Shown one piece after another: positions 60,693 through 64,000 of a stretch of 64,000 nt of DNA. A model generated the notes under the pieces. It worked only from the letters and a program-made list of their open reading frames with translations, was not told the origin of the DNA and did no database searches. The position numbers and the translations under genes are program-made. Source of the stretch: Rhodosorus marinus CCMP1338 (Eukaryota > Plantae > Rhodophyta); assembly GCA_029953675.1 (NCBI GenBank), contig JAMWBK010000004.1, positions 2,666,001 through 2,730,000 of the forward strand. The letters run 5' to 3'. Each line of letters opens with the position of its first letter. The stretch's first letter is position 1.

Positions 60693-63600
60693 GCGTACTG
60701 AGTTCTTCACTGGCGCACCTCCCTCAAGGGCGCCGTTTCCTACATAACCTGCAAGAACTGACCACGCATCTGTCCCTCTACTGCACAAACCTACCATTCA
60801 CCCTGTTCTATATCAACATCCCCACTGTGCTCCACAAAGCCCGTCCTCGCTCTTTCCCCCCTTCCCCTCTGCTCAGTTCAACCACGCGCTCGCCTACTTT
60901 TAACCACCACAGCTACTCGGATCCTCCAATACATCCTGTCGCCCACTCCTATGACTCCTTTAACCCCCATCCATCTGGGCATCCCTATCACTGGCCCCAC
61001 CTCCCCCCCTGTACTAAGTGAAAACAAAATCTTACACTACATATCTCACCGTTTACATCCGTCGCTCTCTCGAAACACTCTCGCACCTCCATCCAAAAAA
61101 TACTACAAACACCCCTACTAAAGCCCACAAACATCCCCTAAATCACCCCCTCCTCCAAAAATTTCATCCCATCCAATCCAATAAGGCTCACAGCAACGCT
61201 AACTCCTCACCCCCCTCCCTTCCCCCTCTCCCCTCTCTCCTCTCCCCCCCCCCTTTCAAATCATACTTTCCTAAGCACTCCAAAACAAACCCAACACACA
61301 CACCCAAACCCCAAGCAGGTGAAAAACCTACAACTTTCGTTCGTTTTTCAACGCCAAAGCTCATGGCTTTCAAACCATCCTGAACTAATACAATAATTTA
61401 TTGAACCGGCAAAACCCAATACCCCCTATGCCAAATCCTATGAACCGATTGCTTTCAGTTTGCTTCATTTCATTTCCTAAAAACAAAAACACTAACGCTC
61501 TTCCAGAATGAACGCAAAAAAACACCAATTTTTTATATGCTTTATAAGAAGAATTACTCCGAGCTCTGGCAACGGATGCGCTTACCGACTCATACGTATT
61601 TGGTTAGATTAAGGATTTCTATTGGATAACCTTATTCTATCGTTGTCCACTAAAAACGTCAGTCTGCAAATCAAAGATTAATAATATAAATATCCTTCTT
61701 CCAAAGAAATATAATATTTTTCATGTTTGTAACGTGAGGTTTTTAGAAGAATCTACAACTTCTGTTTTAAAAGTAAGTATTATTCTTTTATTTATATTTG
61801 CAAAATTAGTCGAGGATGAAATTGTGTAAATTATTTTCGAATAATTGATTCTTGGGCGTTTGCAAGTTTCATGGAACATGTAAGCCCTTGGATAATCAGG
61901 AGCGGCTTTCCATAATGGTCTATATTATTTAAATAATATAAGCATATGAGTTATGGGCGGCTTTTGCGAGATGGGGGGGTTTTATTCTACAATAGATTTC
62001 TTCTGGTGATGAAAGATTGAAATTTATTTATTTATTTTTTGTTTCTTTACAACTGAAGATTGAGAAACATAGCGTTTGACGGAAGTTTCGGAAGAAAAAA
62101 AATGTTTGAGAGCTAGCCGATTCCCGAGATGGGAAACCAACCTCAGGGGTTTTTAGGTATTTCGTAAGTGTTTGATGGGAACGACATTGAAGCACGTATT
62201 GGCTGCACACAGGGTCTCCTACTCGTTGTGTGGATTTGGTGAGAATGGCAGTCCCTCTGTGTACAATGAACACCCCAACGAAAACCACAATTCGAGCTAT
62301 GCCACGGCTCGTCTGATGGTTGATTGAGGCTCTTAATCGCTACTGGTGTGGATTGTTGTCCAAGCATGTCGTGGAATGTGCGCTCTACTTTCGTCCACTC
62401 TCGCTTTCCGTCGTTCCCTTTTTCTCTCGCCGTTCGGTGCTACCCGACATAACTCTCGCTGGTAATATTCCTACGTACCGAGCGATGACTATCCGTCGCA
62501 TATGAGCCCGGATGTCAGGAAGGATTATCCGAAAGGTTAAAAATAAGAATTACACTTGGCATGTCAACCCCCCCGGCTTGGCTCCAAGCGGCCGTGGCCC
62601 ATATAGATTTGGCTAGAAATGTGCAGGGGACGAGCAAATCATCCGCTGGGGGATAAGTTGGACGCCAGCTTGGGATCAGTAACAACGACACAAACTGTTG
62701 GTATTCAAGACCCCATCCAGTCCGGTCTACGCAACCATCAGTTTCTAGCACGGTGTGGGCTGACATGAATATTTTTGGCGTCCACAATGGAGCCGTGGAT
62801 GATTGTTCCTAAATTTAAGCCGGCGTCTTCCGTTGTTTACATACCCATCAAACTCGCTGATGACCGAGTTTTCGTCTTTCCCGGGGGCAAGGGAGAGCTA
62901 GCTAGCTTCCCATTTTATGGTTGTTGTTTGTTGATAGAGAAGAAAATTACGACAGCGGCCGTGGATACACTGTCTCATACTACCGAGTCCATGTTCTCTC
63001 CTCTCAGAACCCGAAAGAACGGGATTCTAGTCCGACATCTTCCTCACGGACGCTCACCGGACACCCCTCCCCCTTCCAAAGTTCCAACCCGCTGAAAGCA
63101 GCCACGGAAAGCAGACATTGAAAGCCATTCCTCACCCACGCCATCACCTTGATGATAAACAAAATGGAGCTACCAAAAATGCTCAATGTTTGTTGGTAAA
63201 ACAGGTAAAGGGGGCGACGAACGAGAAAATCCAACAACTATCCCGCCCCAGGCGCTCTTCCCTGACTAAAAATATCCACACAAGACATACTACAAAACCA
63301 CCACCAAAGTGCCGCGCAGGACAACGCGCGGCACTTGCGATTTCAAGACCGGATGAGTACTGGATGATGATCAAAGGGATCATTTTAATTGACGGTACAA
63401 ACCAAAATCTTTCATCACAAGATGACAGTAATTTCCACACAGATTCTATCATGAAATTTTAAATGCCTTAAAAAATAATGACGAATCTCATTCTGTGATT
63501 GGGCAGCACGAACTCGCCCACAAGAATTCCCTTAATTTTCAAAAAAATTATTAAATTGATCCTACCTACCTTAGTTAAAGAATTCAACAATAACCTTGTC

Positions 63601-63969
63601 AACGTGCTCAAACCTCATCGCATTTCGTTTAGTTCCTTTCACTCATATTGAACTTTTTTGGTTGGAAAATATAATCCAGTTTTGTATTTATTTTCAAGGG
63701 TTGGGATCGCCAGGGACCTCCTGGATCGCCCACGCACGAGAGAGGAAAAAAATACTAATAATTGAAGGTGGACTATTTTGTTTTCTTGTGTTTGTTTTCG
63801 TCATCGCTGTGTGAAGAAAAAGAGTGCGAAATATTGCATTTTAGAGGGTTTCTTTTCCTAAAAGGCATCTTCGTCATAGTCGTCGAGTAGTGCAGGAAAT
63901 ATTTGGAAGGTGGAGGAGAACACCGAAACACGTTTGAAACCAATTTTTTTTTTTTTTTGGAACTGAAAA

Positions 63970-63990
63970 GAAACACACACACACACACAT
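63970..63990. repeat. (CA)n microsatellite
   Basis: aaacacacacacacacacat. Confidence 0.8.
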
Positions 63991-64000
63991 AGACACATTC

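Overview
Compact, gene-dense eukaryotic nuclear DNA with short (about 45-150 nt) GT-AG introns. A nucleus-encoded cpSRP54 with intact SRP-RNA motifs, several plastid transit peptides and a VHE(K/R)xRPFxC-type C2H2 protein point to a unicellular red alga (inference). About 18 protein genes were reconstructed by hand: a plastid membrane protein with a rubredoxin tail, a serine acetyltransferase homolog, a TLDc protein, two tandem VAMP7-like R-SNAREs, a Pro-rich EF-hand protein, cpSRP54, a His-rich TPR protein, a Ulp1 SUMO protease, a RanGAP homolog, ALF4/glomulin, a RAMA-domain coiled-coil protein, an ARM-repeat protein, a LURP-one protein, a DUF3754 protein, ATP-PFK, NAA25 and a C2H2 factor. 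No rRNA, tRNA, CRISPR array or intact transposon was found. Best leads: (1) a SAT whose catalytic His is Glu but which keeps the C-terminal Ile that docks on cysteine synthase (candidate pseudo-enzyme regulator); (2) a RanGAP lacking the acidic tail that can be spliced to a transmembrane, possibly KASH-like, tail; (3) an R-SNARE with Asn at the zero layer beside an intronless canonical paralog; (4) a mosaic of direct and inverted fragments of the TPR gene in its own upstream region; (5) a RAMA-domain protein as a candidate modified-DNA reader. All exon structures and family calls come from reading motifs, not from database searches.
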